A DNA stretch of 31,358 bases from an uncultured virus (IMG/VR IMGVR_UViG_3300032677_000013). Lineage: Duplodnaviria; Heunggongvirae; Uroviricota; Caudoviricetes. The stretch lies in IMG/VR virus record IMGVR_UViG_3300032677_000013; one strand, 5' to 3'. Made by a program: the position numbers and the translations under genes. The notes beneath the pieces are model-generated. The model was not told the DNA's origin and searched no databases. It saw only the letters and a program-made list of their open reading frames with translations. Numbering within the stretch: the stretch's first letter is position 1; each line of letters starts with the position of its first letter. Of this stretch, positions 1 through 9,158 are shown piece after piece.

Positions 1-676
1 CTTGATATGGCTTTCCATTCAACGTGGTGGTTAAAATATTCTGACTAACATTGGTAACATAATTCCCCAATTGCTGAATGGTCTGAAAGACAGCGCCTTC
101 ATCTTGTGGCAGTATCAATCTGTCATCAACGCTTACCGTGATCTTAGTTCCCGGAAACGCAATGTTTAAACAATTAGATAAAACATCTCCCAGCTTCTGC
201 CCCTTTTTCCAAATAAATTGTAAGTTGGCTGGTGTTGACTGAGTGTTTCCTAAATCAGAAGTTATGATAAACTCTAGTGTCTGATTGAGACCCTGCCAGT
301 TTCCAAACGCTTGATATATTTCACCGGCAACAAGCAATCCCGCTTGGCCGCTGTTGACTGCGTCATTTGCCAAGGGAAGTCCCGGCTGCATTCCCCCATA
401 AATCTGAATAGGAGCGTTGTTGAAATCAGAAGCCAGCGAAATTTGAGCTTTTGTAGGACCCCAGATTCTAACCCACCCTTGCCCATTGGGCTGATCGTAT
501 GATGTAACGGGAAGTACAAATTCAACTTGTTGAGCGCCTAAATCCGCCTTGCCACTAACCCCATTGTTGGCACTTAGCTGGTTAGTCCACATTGCCGGGG
601 CAAGATTGCTGGCAGAGGATAGACCAGTTTGTACTTTGGTTTCTGCACCAACAAGAATCTGATAATACCGGCTCAT
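1..676 (-). CDS. Baseplate hub-like tail protein (3' end runs off the window)
   Basis: Not in the ORF track. ATG at 676 overlaps the stop of 673..945 (ATGA). Reads MSRYYQILVGAETK...GGMQPGLPLA...IYQAFGNWQGLNQTLEFII...WKKGQKLGDVL and stays open to the window edge. Position after tape measure and Dit-like genes fits a myovirus hub. Confidence 0.7.
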   Translation of the reverse strand, partial: MSRYYQILVGAETKVQTGLSSASNLAPAMWTNQLSANNGVSGKADLGAQQVEFVLPVTSYDQPNGQGWVRIWGPTKAQISLASDFNNAPIQIYGGMQPGLPLANDAVNSGQAGLLVAGEIYQAFGNWQGLNQTLEFIITSDLGNTQSTPANLQFIWKKGQKLGDVLSNCLNIAFPGTKITVSVDDRLILPQDEGAVFQTIQQLGNYVTNVSQNILTTTLNGKPYQ

Positions 677-945
677 GGAGTGACTTCAAAATTATTTGTG
701 GAAACCCTGTAAACCAAAGTTGAAGTAGTGAAATATCCCTGCATCAAATTTATGTCGTATTCTGGAGGAGAGCCAGTCAATGGTTTAGATACGATCAATT
801 CATTTTGTAGCGTATATACATTTAAAATCCAGCGCCTTCCAAAAAGTCTCCATGTGACAACTGCGCTATATTGCTGCCCATCCAATGTAGGCAAAAAGGC
901 AAAATTTTCATTAATGGTTGGCGTGAACTGAGTTAAAGTGGTCAT
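673..945 (-). CDS. Small phage baseplate protein
   Basis: 90 aa beta-rich ORF (TLDGQQY...WRLFGRRWILNVY) in the typical slot between the Dit-like and hub genes, tightly coupled to both neighbours. Confidence 0.65.
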   Translation of the reverse strand: MTTLTQFTPTINENFAFLPTLDGQQYSAVVTWRLFGRRWILNVYTLQNELIVSKPLTGSPPEYDINLMQGYFTTSTLVYRVSTNNFEVTP

Positions 946-946
946 T

Positions 947-1711
947 TCACAGACTCACTGAAATGGGACTAATTGATGTAAGCGATGGTGCATTTAAAGA
1001 AGATGATGGGGGCGCCAAATTGGCGGCCAAAGAGCCCGCATTTGAAGGCACAAAGTTTTGCGAGATATTCGCGGACGGATCGTTATAGTAAACGGTAATG
1101 GGATTATACCCCGGCGGATCACCAGCGCTATATGTTTGATTGGTGGTTTTTGCCATACCTTGATTTTGCGATCCCTGCAGGGTGCTCGCCGTGATAAGCG
1201 GTTGCATGAAATTCCAAACCCAACGCACTTGAGTTTGTCCGCCTTCATCTTCCTCCGTCGCGTCTACTAGCGTGGTCAAAAGACACCCCTGATATACATA
1301 ACTAGGGGTTGATACGTTATACCATCCGCCCAGAGCGGTGTGCTGATCTAAGCGCTGTTTCAAATTAGTGATAATAGAGAGTTTAGTGTCCATTGAAATG
1401 GAACTATTAGCAGGGACCAGCATTTCCAAAGAAATTTCAAGTGGCGCTGTAATTATGGCATTTGCCGCAGTAGTTTGATTGGAAAATGGATAAGTGGCAA
1501 CTTCATTATTCATTAATGTATGGCCGGGTATTGGCCTAAAACTAGCAAATGTCGGACTGCCCGGCGCGGCGCGGCCAGTCAAGCCGGCGCTATAATTTAA
1601 TTGCTGCAAGAGGGTTTCAATGCCCATTACGCCGGTTTTGGCGATACCATTAATCAAAGCAATAGGACTTATCTGAAAACGATATTCATAATCGCTAATG
1701 TTAATGGTCAT
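947..1711 (-). CDS. Tail/baseplate protein (Dit-like, tube initiator)
   Basis: 254 aa immediately downstream of the tape measure (ATGA overlap). Motifs VATYPFSNQTTAANA and VSTPSYVYQGCLLT resemble post-TMP baseplate proteins. Confidence 0.65.
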   Translation of the reverse strand: MTINISDYEYRFQISPIALINGIAKTGVMGIETLLQQLNYSAGLTGRAAPGSPTFASFRPIPGHTLMNNEVATYPFSNQTTAANAIITAPLEISLEMLVPANSSISMDTKLSIITNLKQRLDQHTALGGWYNVSTPSYVYQGCLLTTLVDATEEDEGGQTQVRWVWNFMQPLITASTLQGSQNQGMAKTTNQTYSAGDPPGYNPITVYYNDPSANISQNFVPSNAGSLAANLAPPSSSLNAPSLTSISPISVSL

Positions 1712-3489
1712 TGGCTTGCGTTTCTCTTGAGTGCTATCGGCAAGTTTCCGCTTGGAGAATGCTGGTGCGGAAGTTTGTTTACCACAGTAGTCTTAACGTA
1801 AATAGAAGCCTTTTTCTTTGGTTTTGACGAATGCAAAATGGGTTTGTTTTGCAGTTCTGGATGGCCCAATAGTCGCATAACGTAATTATGCGTTTCCCAT
1901 TGCGATTTGTCGCCCTGCCACGGAATTTTCTTAGCCCATTCCAAATCGCTTATTTTACCCGTTCTAGGGTCTCCGAAGTGTTTGTTCCAGTAATTAACCG
2001 CTGCTGGCCCCGCATTATATGCTGCATATATTAAAGCGGGATCTGCGTCATATAGATTATTAAGATATGTAACAAAAGTTCTGCCGAGGAGTTTGTTATA
2101 CACCTCTCCCTGTGGCGTTTTGGCATTAAGCAACTGAGGATCGTATGTAACAAAAGCCTGAGACGCCGCAAACTTGGCGGTTTCTGGCATCAACTGGGAT
2201 ATTCCCATTGCGCCCTTACTACTTACTTGCCCTTGTTGCCCATGCTCCCCTATTGTCACTATATTGGAATATAGATCATTAGATAGTTTAGGATTTGACG
2301 TATTTATAGCGTTTGCCGAGGAAGAGTCTCCAAATCTAAACAAATGCGCCACTTTATCCAGCATCGGGACAATCTCTTTAAGATCATCCGCCAATTTACC
2401 AAACCAAGTTACGCATTCTGACAACTTGGGATCAAGTTGCCCAAGCCCATTAATGAATGTATCTTTAAGTTTAGATGTGGAATTATCCATCGCTGCTACA
2501 AAATCAGCGGCGGCATCACCCGTGCTTCTTGTGATGCCCATTTTAGATAAATCTTCACCCTTCGCCATTGATGCTTTTAGTTTAGCCTCGGAAGTGCCAG
2601 CTAAACGGATCAATGCGTCTGGGCTTAAAAAGCTAGTCAATCCTTGGCGACTAGCTAAATCAAGATTTTGCCCTTGCTGTATAAAAAGCCTTCGTGCACG
2701 AAGAACTGCCTCGTTTGTCAATTTAGCAGTGTTGGCATTGCGTGGGTTCAATCCCAAAAGACCAAAAGTACTCCAAGCCTGCGGAGTTCTTTGCATGATA
2801 GCCATGCTTTGAATGGCCTGATCTACATCATAATATCTTTGCTGATTGTTTTCTGCATATTCCAATTCGCCCGGAGACACGCCCATGCCGCCAGCGCGGC
2901 GATAAATGCCAGCCGCATATTTGTTCACGCCATAGGCGGCTGTGGCGACCAATCCTGCGCCAGCAAGCGCACCAGCAACAGCCGTCCCAATACCAGAAAC
3001 AATGCCGCCAGCAACGCCCGCTAAAGCCTCTCCGGCGACTTCTGAGGCAACTCCTAGGCCCCCTCCAGCCGATTGAGCGAGTTCCCCAATATGTCCGCCG
3101 CCTGCCGCCCAATTCCCAAGTGAACCCGCAAACCCGCCAGCGCTTGCAGCATAATCTTTGACGTTTTTAATAGACTCTTTGCGACGACGAGCGGTCTCTT
3201 CGTCCCTTCTGCGCAAATCATTATCTTCTTGTTTGCGCTTTTGTGCAGCGGTTTGTAGCTTTCTGTCTCTTTTATCTTCTTCCTCAGCTAGTCTTTTAGT
3301 GGCTTCCATTTGCTTATCAATGGAGACAGCCAAATCAACGCTTGTAGACAGTAAGTCTTTGATGCTTTCATTTACATCATTCCAGATTTCGGGTTGCTCC
3401 TGAACCTGATCTTGATATTTCTTGAAAGCATCTAAAAAATTCTTGAAGTCTTCATCATCTATGGGGATTTGTATAATAGGAGCGACCAT
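1708..3489 (-). CDS. Tape measure protein with C-terminal lytic transglycosylase (SLT) domain
   Basis: N-terminal coiled coil, Gly/Ala-rich middle, and SLT motifs GEHG...SSKGAMGISQLMPETA, AAYNAGP and ETHNYV. SD AGGAG at 3500-3504. Follows the tail chaperone. Confidence 0.85.
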   Translation of the reverse strand: MVAPIIQIPIDDEDFKNFLDAFKKYQDQVQEQPEIWNDVNESIKDLLSTSVDLAVSIDKQMEATKRLAEEEDKRDRKLQTAAQKRKQEDNDLRRRDEETARRRKESIKNVKDYAASAGGFAGSLGNWAAGGGHIGELAQSAGGGLGVASEVAGEALAGVAGGIVSGIGTAVAGALAGAGLVATAAYGVNKYAAGIYRRAGGMGVSPGELEYAENNQQRYYDVDQAIQSMAIMQRTPQAWSTFGLLGLNPRNANTAKLTNEAVLRARRLFIQQGQNLDLASRQGLTSFLSPDALIRLAGTSEAKLKASMAKGEDLSKMGITRSTGDAAADFVAAMDNSTSKLKDTFINGLGQLDPKLSECVTWFGKLADDLKEIVPMLDKVAHLFRFGDSSSANAINTSNPKLSNDLYSNIVTIGEHGQQGQVSSKGAMGISQLMPETAKFAASQAFVTYDPQLLNAKTPQGEVYNKLLGRTFVTYLNNLYDADPALIYAAYNAGPAAVNYWNKHFGDPRTGKISDLEWAKKIPWQGDKSQWETHNYVMRLLGHPELQNKPILHSSKPKKKASIYVKTTVVNKLPHQHSPSGNLPIALKRNASQ

Positions 3490-3504
3490 TTCTATATTGC
3501 TCCT

Positions 3505-3837
3505 TTATCTTGAGCCAGAAAGCATTGTAGCTAAAACAGTGAAACCATCCATTAAATATCTTTGCCTGAATGATTCAGCGGAAATATAGGATTCCCAAGG
3601 CTCGCCTTTGTCTTTGAAATATTCATTCCAGCCTTCGCTTGCCAAATACTGCAAGCTCTGTGAGATTATGCTAGGCTGTTCTCTCCAGTAATCTCTTCTG
3701 CCTTGTATGTCTTCAAAGAATTGGCGTATTCCATACAGTTTAAGGACGTAGTCTGTAGTCGATAGATTACAACTAAACCTTGAACAATCGTCGTTCTGTC
3801 CTGTTTGGGCGGAATTAGCGAACCCACAGTAAAAAAA
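3505..3837 (-). CDS. Putative -1 frameshift extension of the tail assembly chaperone (gpGT-like)
   Basis: The -1 frame is open from about 3867 to TAA at 3505-3507 and has no early ATG. It reads ...DYWREQPSIISQSLQYLASEGWNEYFKDKGEPWESYISAESFRQRYLMDGFTVLATMLSGSR*. An in-frame T TTT TTT heptamer lies at 3831-3837. Confidence 0.6.
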   Translation of the reverse strand, partial: FFYCGFANSAQTGQNDDCSRFSCNLSTTDYVLKLYGIRQFFEDIQGRRDYWREQPSIISQSLQYLASEGWNEYFKDKGEPWESYISAESFRQRYLMDGFTVLATMLSGSR

Positions 3838-4256
3838 GTCAGAAAGTTCATAACCTCCGATTTTTCTTCAGGGGTTATGATGGCTTTAGTAATGGCATCA
3901 TGCAGGGTTATAGAACTCCATCCATTATCTTTGTTGGGGGCTATAACATTGCTTAACCGCGTAATTTCAGCGAGAAGTCCACTTTCGCCGCCAACCCCAT
4001 CAGAATCACTCCACCAATCAACTCCGGGATAGCGCGCTGTCGTTTTGGCGGTTTCTTTCAAAACCAATGCGGCAACTGCTGGCGCTGTTCTCGGGTCGAG
4101 AGTATTCTGAATAAAGGCACTCCAAGTCTTTGCCAACACCATGTAGTAAAACTCGAAAGTTTCTGGCCTAATTGGCGTGGAATGAACGTAAATAGTCGTG
4201 CCATCTTCACGAATAAGGGGGATTACAAGATTGAGTTGGCGGTTAATTGTGACCAT
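3666..4256 (-). CDS. Tail assembly chaperone (gpG-like)
   Basis: 196 aa ORF between the tail tube and tape measure genes, with an overlapping open -1 frame. Confidence 0.7.
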   Translation of the reverse strand: MVTINRQLNLVIPLIREDGTTIYVHSTPIRPETFEFYYMVLAKTWSAFIQNTLDPRTAPAVAALVLKETAKTTARYPGVDWWSDSDGVGGESGLLAEITRLSNVIAPNKDNGWSSITLHDAITKAIITPEEKSEVMNFLTFFTVGSLIPPKQDRTTIVQGLVVIYRLQTTSLNCMEYANSLKTYKAEEITGENSLA

Positions 4257-4277
4257 TGCGAGTGTCCAATTTCAGAA

Positions 4278-4715
4278 TTAAACAAAAAGAGTAGAGTTGA
4301 TGTAGTAAATGCCCTTCAGCATAACAGGGAAGTCATTGCTTTCGCCGGTCAGGTCCAGATCGGCAATGTTTTGCAGAATGCAGTTGCTGATATAGTAGGA
4401 GCCAAGCAAAGAGGAATCTGTTACAATAGAAATGTCACCAATAGCGGCATTGGTGGTGCGCTGTTTCTCCCACTGCTGCGCAAGGTATTGGCTCTTGTTG
4501 AGATACATCTGCACCGTCACGACTTGATAAAGACGCGGAGACGGCACCGAGCCAGTCAGGGTGGCGATGTAATCACTTGTGTCGCCCTCAAAGGTAATGC
4601 GCGCAACCTTGGTGCCGAAAAACCCAGAAGTGACATTGAGATTGGGGTGACTGATAACCGAGACGCTGGTTAGAGCGCGGTTAAGAGTGCCCTGAGGGAT
4701 AATAGGATTAGCCAT
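4278..4715 (-). CDS. Tail tube protein
   Basis: 145 aa directly after the sheath gene. MANPIIPQGTLNR...TLTGSVPSPRLY pattern and size are typical of myovirus tubes. Confidence 0.75.
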   Translation of the reverse strand: MANPIIPQGTLNRALTSVSVISHPNLNVTSGFFGTKVARITFEGDTSDYIATLTGSVPSPRLYQVVTVQMYLNKSQYLAQQWEKQRTTNAAIGDISIVTDSSLLGSYYISNCILQNIADLDLTGESNDFPVMLKGIYYINSTLFV

Positions 4716-4740
4716 GGTTTTTTGTCCCTAGAATGGTTTG

Positions 4741-6129
4741 TTAGCCGATCAAAAGCGTAGTGGCTTCAATGTTGAAGTAAACATTGAGGAACGGAAGCTG
4801 CGGAACCCATACGCATGACAGACCGGCATATTTACCAATCCCATAGTCATTTGGATTTTCGTTAGCATATGCTTGCATAGGCTCGGCGTTCACAACAATC
4901 TGGCCCGCATAATTACCGGCATTCAGATTTGCCAAAAACTGCGCAATGGGAAGCTGAGTGGCAACAACCTGCCCATTACCAAGGCCAGCACTGACGCCCG
5001 AATTGGCAACAGCCAAAACGCGATTCTGAAGGCGGTTAATGCCCTGCTGATTGTAATACAGCGGATTGAGGCTAGATGCCGATCCGACGATCACCTCATT
5101 GGCAATGGCCTGCCCCATGTTAATCTGAGCCCAGTCAACGGAATACCAGAAGTTCCAGAAATTGCCGTCCGACATTTTGCCCTGAAAGACGATATTGCTG
5201 GAAATGCCGCCCTGCTGGCCCGTACCAATCCAACCGACATTAGCCGTTGCAAGTTGTTGCAGGATGGATTGATTGCCGGTCACAGGATAGGCCGTGGTGC
5301 CATAACTAGGGGAATAGCTAAGGGGGACCAGCTTGTTTGTGCTGGACGGGTTTTGGGCCAGCGCATTGCCAAACGCCGAGGCAAGGGTAAATTCAGTCGA
5401 AGGGGCCGCAGGTGCATTCACTTCTGCATAAACACACTTCAGACCGGCGTAGACCGCCCTATTGGCAACAGTCGTCGTGACCCAGAAATAAACCTGCGAA
5501 TTAGTCGAGGTATAATTACTAAGAAACGTCAGGAATGCCGCCTGATCGTCCCACTCTGCGGGAACGAGATAGTTGTAAATCTGCCCCGGAGTATTTGCAA
5601 CGCTGGCAATGAACGTGGCAAGATCGGGGACATTCTCAGTCGCGGTGCCCTCACCCAGTTCAACAATGTAAATGCTGGGCACGCCTTGACCCGCAAAGTA
5701 GGTGGTGCCCATAGCAAGCAACTCACCCACCGCGCCAAGCGTCACAGTGCCCGGAGTGGTCTCCACGCCGGGATTGGTCGCCAAGGGATAGGTCAGCGTT
5801 GTGGTGCCCGTTATAGTGCCCGTAAACGTGCCATTATATCCTATGGGGCTTGCGCCAGAGATGGTGATCGGAATAACGTCGGCGCTAGTCCAGCCATGCG
5901 GCGTAGTCGTCGTAACGGTGACAACGCCCGTAGACCAAGTAAGCGATGCAATGGCCTTGCCGGGTGCCAGCAATGCAGTCAGCTGAGTGATGTTGCTGAC
6001 CAGAGTGGCAGTGCCGGGGGTAAGGGAAGATCCCCCCTGCGAAACAAGACCACCAGTCTGCTGAATCGTGTTTGGCGAAGGTGCCAATACCACTGAGGTA
6101 TTGACGGTGACAATATTAGTAGTGGTCAT
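4741..6129 (-). CDS. Tail sheath protein (DUF3383-like) with an inserted beta domain
   Basis: 462 aa. N-terminal NIVTVN, C-terminal FWYSVDWAQIN...NPLYYNQQGINRLQ. Followed by a tube-sized gene. Confidence 0.8.
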   Translation of the reverse strand: MTTTNIVTVNTSVVLAPSPNTIQQTGGLVSQGGSSLTPGTATLVSNITQLTALLAPGKAIASLTWSTGVVTVTTTTPHGWTSADVIPITISGASPIGYNGTFTGTITGTTTLTYPLATNPGVETTPGTVTLGAVGELLAMGTTYFAGQGVPSIYIVELGEGTATENVPDLATFIASVANTPGQIYNYLVPAEWDDQAAFLTFLSNYTSTNSQVYFWVTTTVANRAVYAGLKCVYAEVNAPAAPSTEFTLASAFGNALAQNPSSTNKLVPLSYSPSYGTTAYPVTGNQSILQQLATANVGWIGTGQQGGISSNIVFQGKMSDGNFWNFWYSVDWAQINMGQAIANEVIVGSASSLNPLYYNQQGINRLQNRVLAVANSGVSAGLGNGQVVATQLPIAQFLANLNAGNYAGQIVVNAEPMQAYANENPNDYGIGKYAGLSCVWVPQLPFLNVYFNIEATTLLIG

Positions 6130-6175
6130 GTTAATGCCCTCTGGTCAGGGTTGAAGGTTGTTGGTTATTTACTGA

Positions 6176-6580
6176 TTAAGTAAAGTTGCCAACGGCCATA
6201 ACAGACACGTTTGCGCCAGCCGTTACATACCAACCGGGGTTCGCAGTTGTAGCGGCTTTGGCCTGCACCAGAACCTGAAAAGGCTTAAGGTCGGCAACCG
6301 AAGTAGCGCCGCCAGCAAACAGCACGATTCCAGTCGAGCCAGAGCCATCATAAAGCGTCACAGCGCCCGGCGAAGTGGAGGAGGGAACGATAGTAATCGC
6401 ATAAAGCGTATCGCCTACAGCGCCAGTGGCACCGAGAACGGCCTTTGTGGAACTAGCGGCCACCTGAATATGCGTTTCATTCTTTTCAGTAACGCGCAGA
6501 TTGCCCGCCGAATCAAGATTGGTAAACGCAACGCCACCCGAGGGGTTGAGGGCGGACTGAGCAGCAAGATTCTGACCCAT
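6176..6580 (-). CDS. Hypothetical virion structural protein (beta-sandwich-like)
   Basis: 134 aa Ala/Gly/Thr/Val-rich ORF with SD AAGGAG, between the neck and sheath genes. Confidence 0.6.
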   Translation of the reverse strand: MGQNLAAQSALNPSGGVAFTNLDSAGNLRVTEKNETHIQVAASSTKAVLGATGAVGDTLYAITIVPSSTSPGAVTLYDGSGSTGIVLFAGGATSVADLKPFQVLVQAKAATTANPGWYVTAGANVSVMAVGNFT

Positions 6581-6603
6581 ATTAAATACTCCTTAAAGTT
6601 AAT

Positions 6604-7578
6604 TTACACTATCATTTCAGAGGGTGCATAGATACCCTCTAAAAAGGCACTCCGAATAATTTGTTGCGACAAACTATTCATTCTGTTTTGATAATAGTTG
6701 ACTTCAAACGTCACCGCCTTTTTCTGGGCCAATGCGCTTATTTCAACCTGCCCCCGCTTTGCGTCTCTCGGCATGGGGGAGTTCATAATACCGAGCATCA
6801 TAGGATTATTCAGCGCGTAGTTTTGCACTGAATCAATCCAATCCATAATCATGTTATTGCGAATGCCATAAGTAATCACGCGGACATGATCTTTAGTAAG
6901 CTGCCAACGGTTTCCTGCATTATCCCAAAATGGAGCCGACTGCATGGGGGACGTGCCGTCTTCATCAATATGGATAACCGCATAAGGCGGCTGTATATTA
7001 TCCGGCACCAAATAACTAGGATAAACCGGAAATAGTTGATTAAGCGTCAGCCAAACCGGCAGGGAATTGGAAACTACTTGAGCTTGCCCAAGGTCATTGG
7101 GGTTATTGAGTATCTGTGACGCTAGAGACGCGTAAACGGCATCACCGCTGTAGTGATACAGGCCCGATTGTTTATACCAGCCAGAGCGGGTCGAGAACGC
7201 ATATTGTTCCCCATCCGTGGAGGCCAGATACATATATTGCGGATCAGTGCGCGCCAGATCATTGATTGGCTGCAAGCTGGTAAAGATCATCCGATGAACG
7301 GAGAAACTCTCGTCCGGGTCTTGCCGGTTAACCGTGGTATGATGCAGGGAGCCTTGCGCCTCAAACATCAGGGAATAGGAACTGTCATAGGAACCCGGCG
7401 CGAGAACCGATGCGTTCACCCAGAACACAAAGCCATCAACGGGCAACACAATGCGCTTATATAGCTCAAAGGTGACGCGCTGCTGTAGATCAAGCGTCTC
7501 AAGCCCCGCCCGCAGCGTAGACGCCATCTGGCCTTGATTGCCGGTGGTCTCAAATACAGAACCGCCACCGCCGCTCAT
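6604..7578 (-). CDS. Head closure/tail completion protein
   Basis: About 324 aa. Likely start is MSGGGG at 7578 (ATGA overlap with the upstream stop). Lies in the neck region before the sheath. Confidence 0.6.
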   Translation of the reverse strand: MSGGGGSVFETTGNQGQMASTLRAGLETLDLQQRVTFELYKRIVLPVDGFVFWVNASVLAPGSYDSSYSLMFEAQGSLHHTTVNRQDPDESFSVHRMIFTSLQPINDLARTDPQYMYLASTDGEQYAFSTRSGWYKQSGLYHYSGDAVYASLASQILNNPNDLGQAQVVSNSLPVWLTLNQLFPVYPSYLVPDNIQPPYAVIHIDEDGTSPMQSAPFWDNAGNRWQLTKDHVRVITYGIRNNMIMDWIDSVQNYALNNPMMLGIMNSPMPRDAKRGQVEISALAQKKAVTFEVNYYQNRMNSLSQQIIRSAFLEGIYAPSEMIV

Positions 7579-8003
7579 TCTTCCACCCACGCAATCATTG
7601 AGGTTTCATATAGGGCCGTGTCGATGAACGATGGGCGGGGGCCAGATGCGACCTTATCCTTAAATCGCAGCGAACGACGGTTTTGCGCCGCCTTGGTAGG
7701 GACGCCGGGAATACCCATGCCTTCAATCTCGCCGGTCATCAGAAACGTGCGGAACTCTTGCCGAATATCCTGCCCAGCACTAGCGAAGGGATCGCCCACA
7801 AAGCCGCCTTCCAGAATGGCAGACAGCGCGTTTTCTATAGACGACACAAGCGCCTTGGTGATATCTTGTTGATGGGCCTCGTAAAAATTCCGCATTACAC
7901 CATACTTTTCCTCAAGTATGGTGGCGACGGTATAGGTCGTGGCGGGCTGGCCATCGCGGTTATCATAGGGCACATCTATGACGCCCAAGCAGAGGTCGGC
8001 CAT
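7575..8003 (-). CDS. Neck/head-tail joining protein
   Basis: 142 aa ending in RPSFIDTALYETSM, resembling the P-LIDTG-L motif of phage neck (virion morphogenesis) proteins. Synteny agrees. Confidence 0.65.
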   Translation of the reverse strand: MADLCLGVIDVPYDNRDGQPATTYTVATILEEKYGVMRNFYEAHQQDITKALVSSIENALSAILEGGFVGDPFASAGQDIRQEFRTFLMTGEIEGMGIPGVPTKAAQNRRSLRFKDKVASGPRPSFIDTALYETSMIAWVEE

Positions 8004-8004
8004 C

Positions 8005-8496
8005 CTAACTGACCCCCCAGTTTGTGCCTACACTTTGGGCAATGCCCAAGTATGTTCTGCCCCACACCGTGGTTGTTAGCTGCAACTGCCCAATTGTCAG
8101 GTTATTCGCTTGATGCGGTACAACCATGCTGGCGCTAGTGCCCTCATCGCTTGAGGATGAGACCGTGCCGGTGGTAAATCCCAGCATATTGTTCTGTTTG
8201 CGGATATACTGAAAGAACCCGTAGTTCACGTTCTCAACAGTGATATAAACTAGCCCCGGCACATCCGGTGCCCAAGTAGCCAAATAATGTCCGGCCAAGT
8301 TATACACCGCAATCAAATAAAGCGGCCCCGGCACACACTCCAGCATCATGTTAACTGTGGCCACAGCCGTATTGTAAGCATACCCAATGGAAGGGGAATC
8401 GCTGGGCAGATATTCCACAGGCACACCCATCACACCGTAAACCCAGTCTTGAAAACCGGCCTCGGTGGGGATTGGCGTGTAGGGATATGTTGTCAC
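8005..8496 (-). CDS. Head-tail adaptor (DUF4054-like)
   Basis: AVYNLAGHYL...GTVSSSSDEGTSAS...LTTTVWGRTYL motifs. Second gene after the major capsid gene. Confidence 0.7.
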   Translation of the reverse strand: MTTYPYTPIPTEAGFQDWVYGVMGVPVEYLPSDSPSIGYAYNTAVATVNMMLECVPGPLYLIAVYNLAGHYLATWAPDVPGLVYITVENVNYGFFQYIRKQNNMLGFTTGTVSSSSDEGTSASMVVPHQANNLTIGQLQLTTTVWGRTYLGIAQSVGTNWGVS

Positions 8497-8513
8497 CAGC
8501 GATTCCCTATCAG

Positions 8514-9086
8514 TTAAGCGGTTTTGCGGGGGCGACCGCGACCACGAGACGCTTCAGGGGCGGAATTAACCCGCAGACCCTCTTCCAGCTTGGGAGCGGT
8601 CATTTCAGGATCGCTCTGACCCACGCTCTCAAATTCCATCTCGAACCCAGTGGACTGCGTATTGCCCATTTCATTAGCAATCTCACGCAGGCCATAATCC
8701 GAAACAATGGCAAGGTTCTTGCGGCGCTCAACGCCAATGTCCGAAAGGCGGCCCATGTTGTGCGCCTTCACATCTTCACAGATCGGGCGAGGCACTGGCT
8801 TGTCCAATGACCAAACCAGCTTAACCACGCCCATGGACTTTGCTGTGCGTACGTCATCAACATTGACTGCACCCGCGCTAAATTCCAACTGCTGAACCAA
8901 TTCTTCTACCTGCCCCGGAAACAGATCGCCGCCGAATTGCACCTGAGCGCCAGCGGGGATTTCCAGAAACTTAGGCGGCAGAATTTTAGCGTCCATACGG
9001 TTGCCATTGCCATCAACAGCAAAATCAAGCCGGTAATATACTTGCCGATTCTGCGCCGTGCAGTTCACAACATAGAGCCTTGCCAT
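8514..9086 (-). CDS. Hypothetical protein downstream of major capsid (basic RGRGRPRK tail)
   Basis: 190 aa ORF with SD GGAGA at 9093-9097. Confidence 0.7.
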   Translation of the reverse strand: MARLYVVNCTAQNRQVYYRLDFAVDGNGNRMDAKILPPKFLEIPAGAQVQFGGDLFPGQVEELVQQLEFSAGAVNVDDVRTAKSMGVVKLVWSLDKPVPRPICEDVKAHNMGRLSDIGVERRKNLAIVSDYGLREIANEMGNTQSTGFEMEFESVGQSDPEMTAPKLEEGLRVNSAPEASRGRGRPRKTA

Positions 9087-9097
9087 ATTAAATCTCC

Positions 9098-9150
9098 GCG
9101 AGTGGTGCGAGTGTTAGACGGGTAGGCGCACTCGCAACGCCTACCCGCCC
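9098..9150 (-). promoter_or_regulatory. Stem-loop/pseudoknot downstream of the major capsid gene
   Basis: 10-bp perfect stem 9119-9128/9138-9147. The loop UUGCGAGUG is complementary to CACUCGCA (9106-9113) and to CACUCGC (9098-9104). Confidence 0.65.
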
Positions 9151-9158
9151 AACGTCAT

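Noticed and set aside
4873..6096. 407 aa plus-strand ORF
   Set aside because: Antisense shadow of the sheath gene with no recognisable motifs; expected from codon bias.
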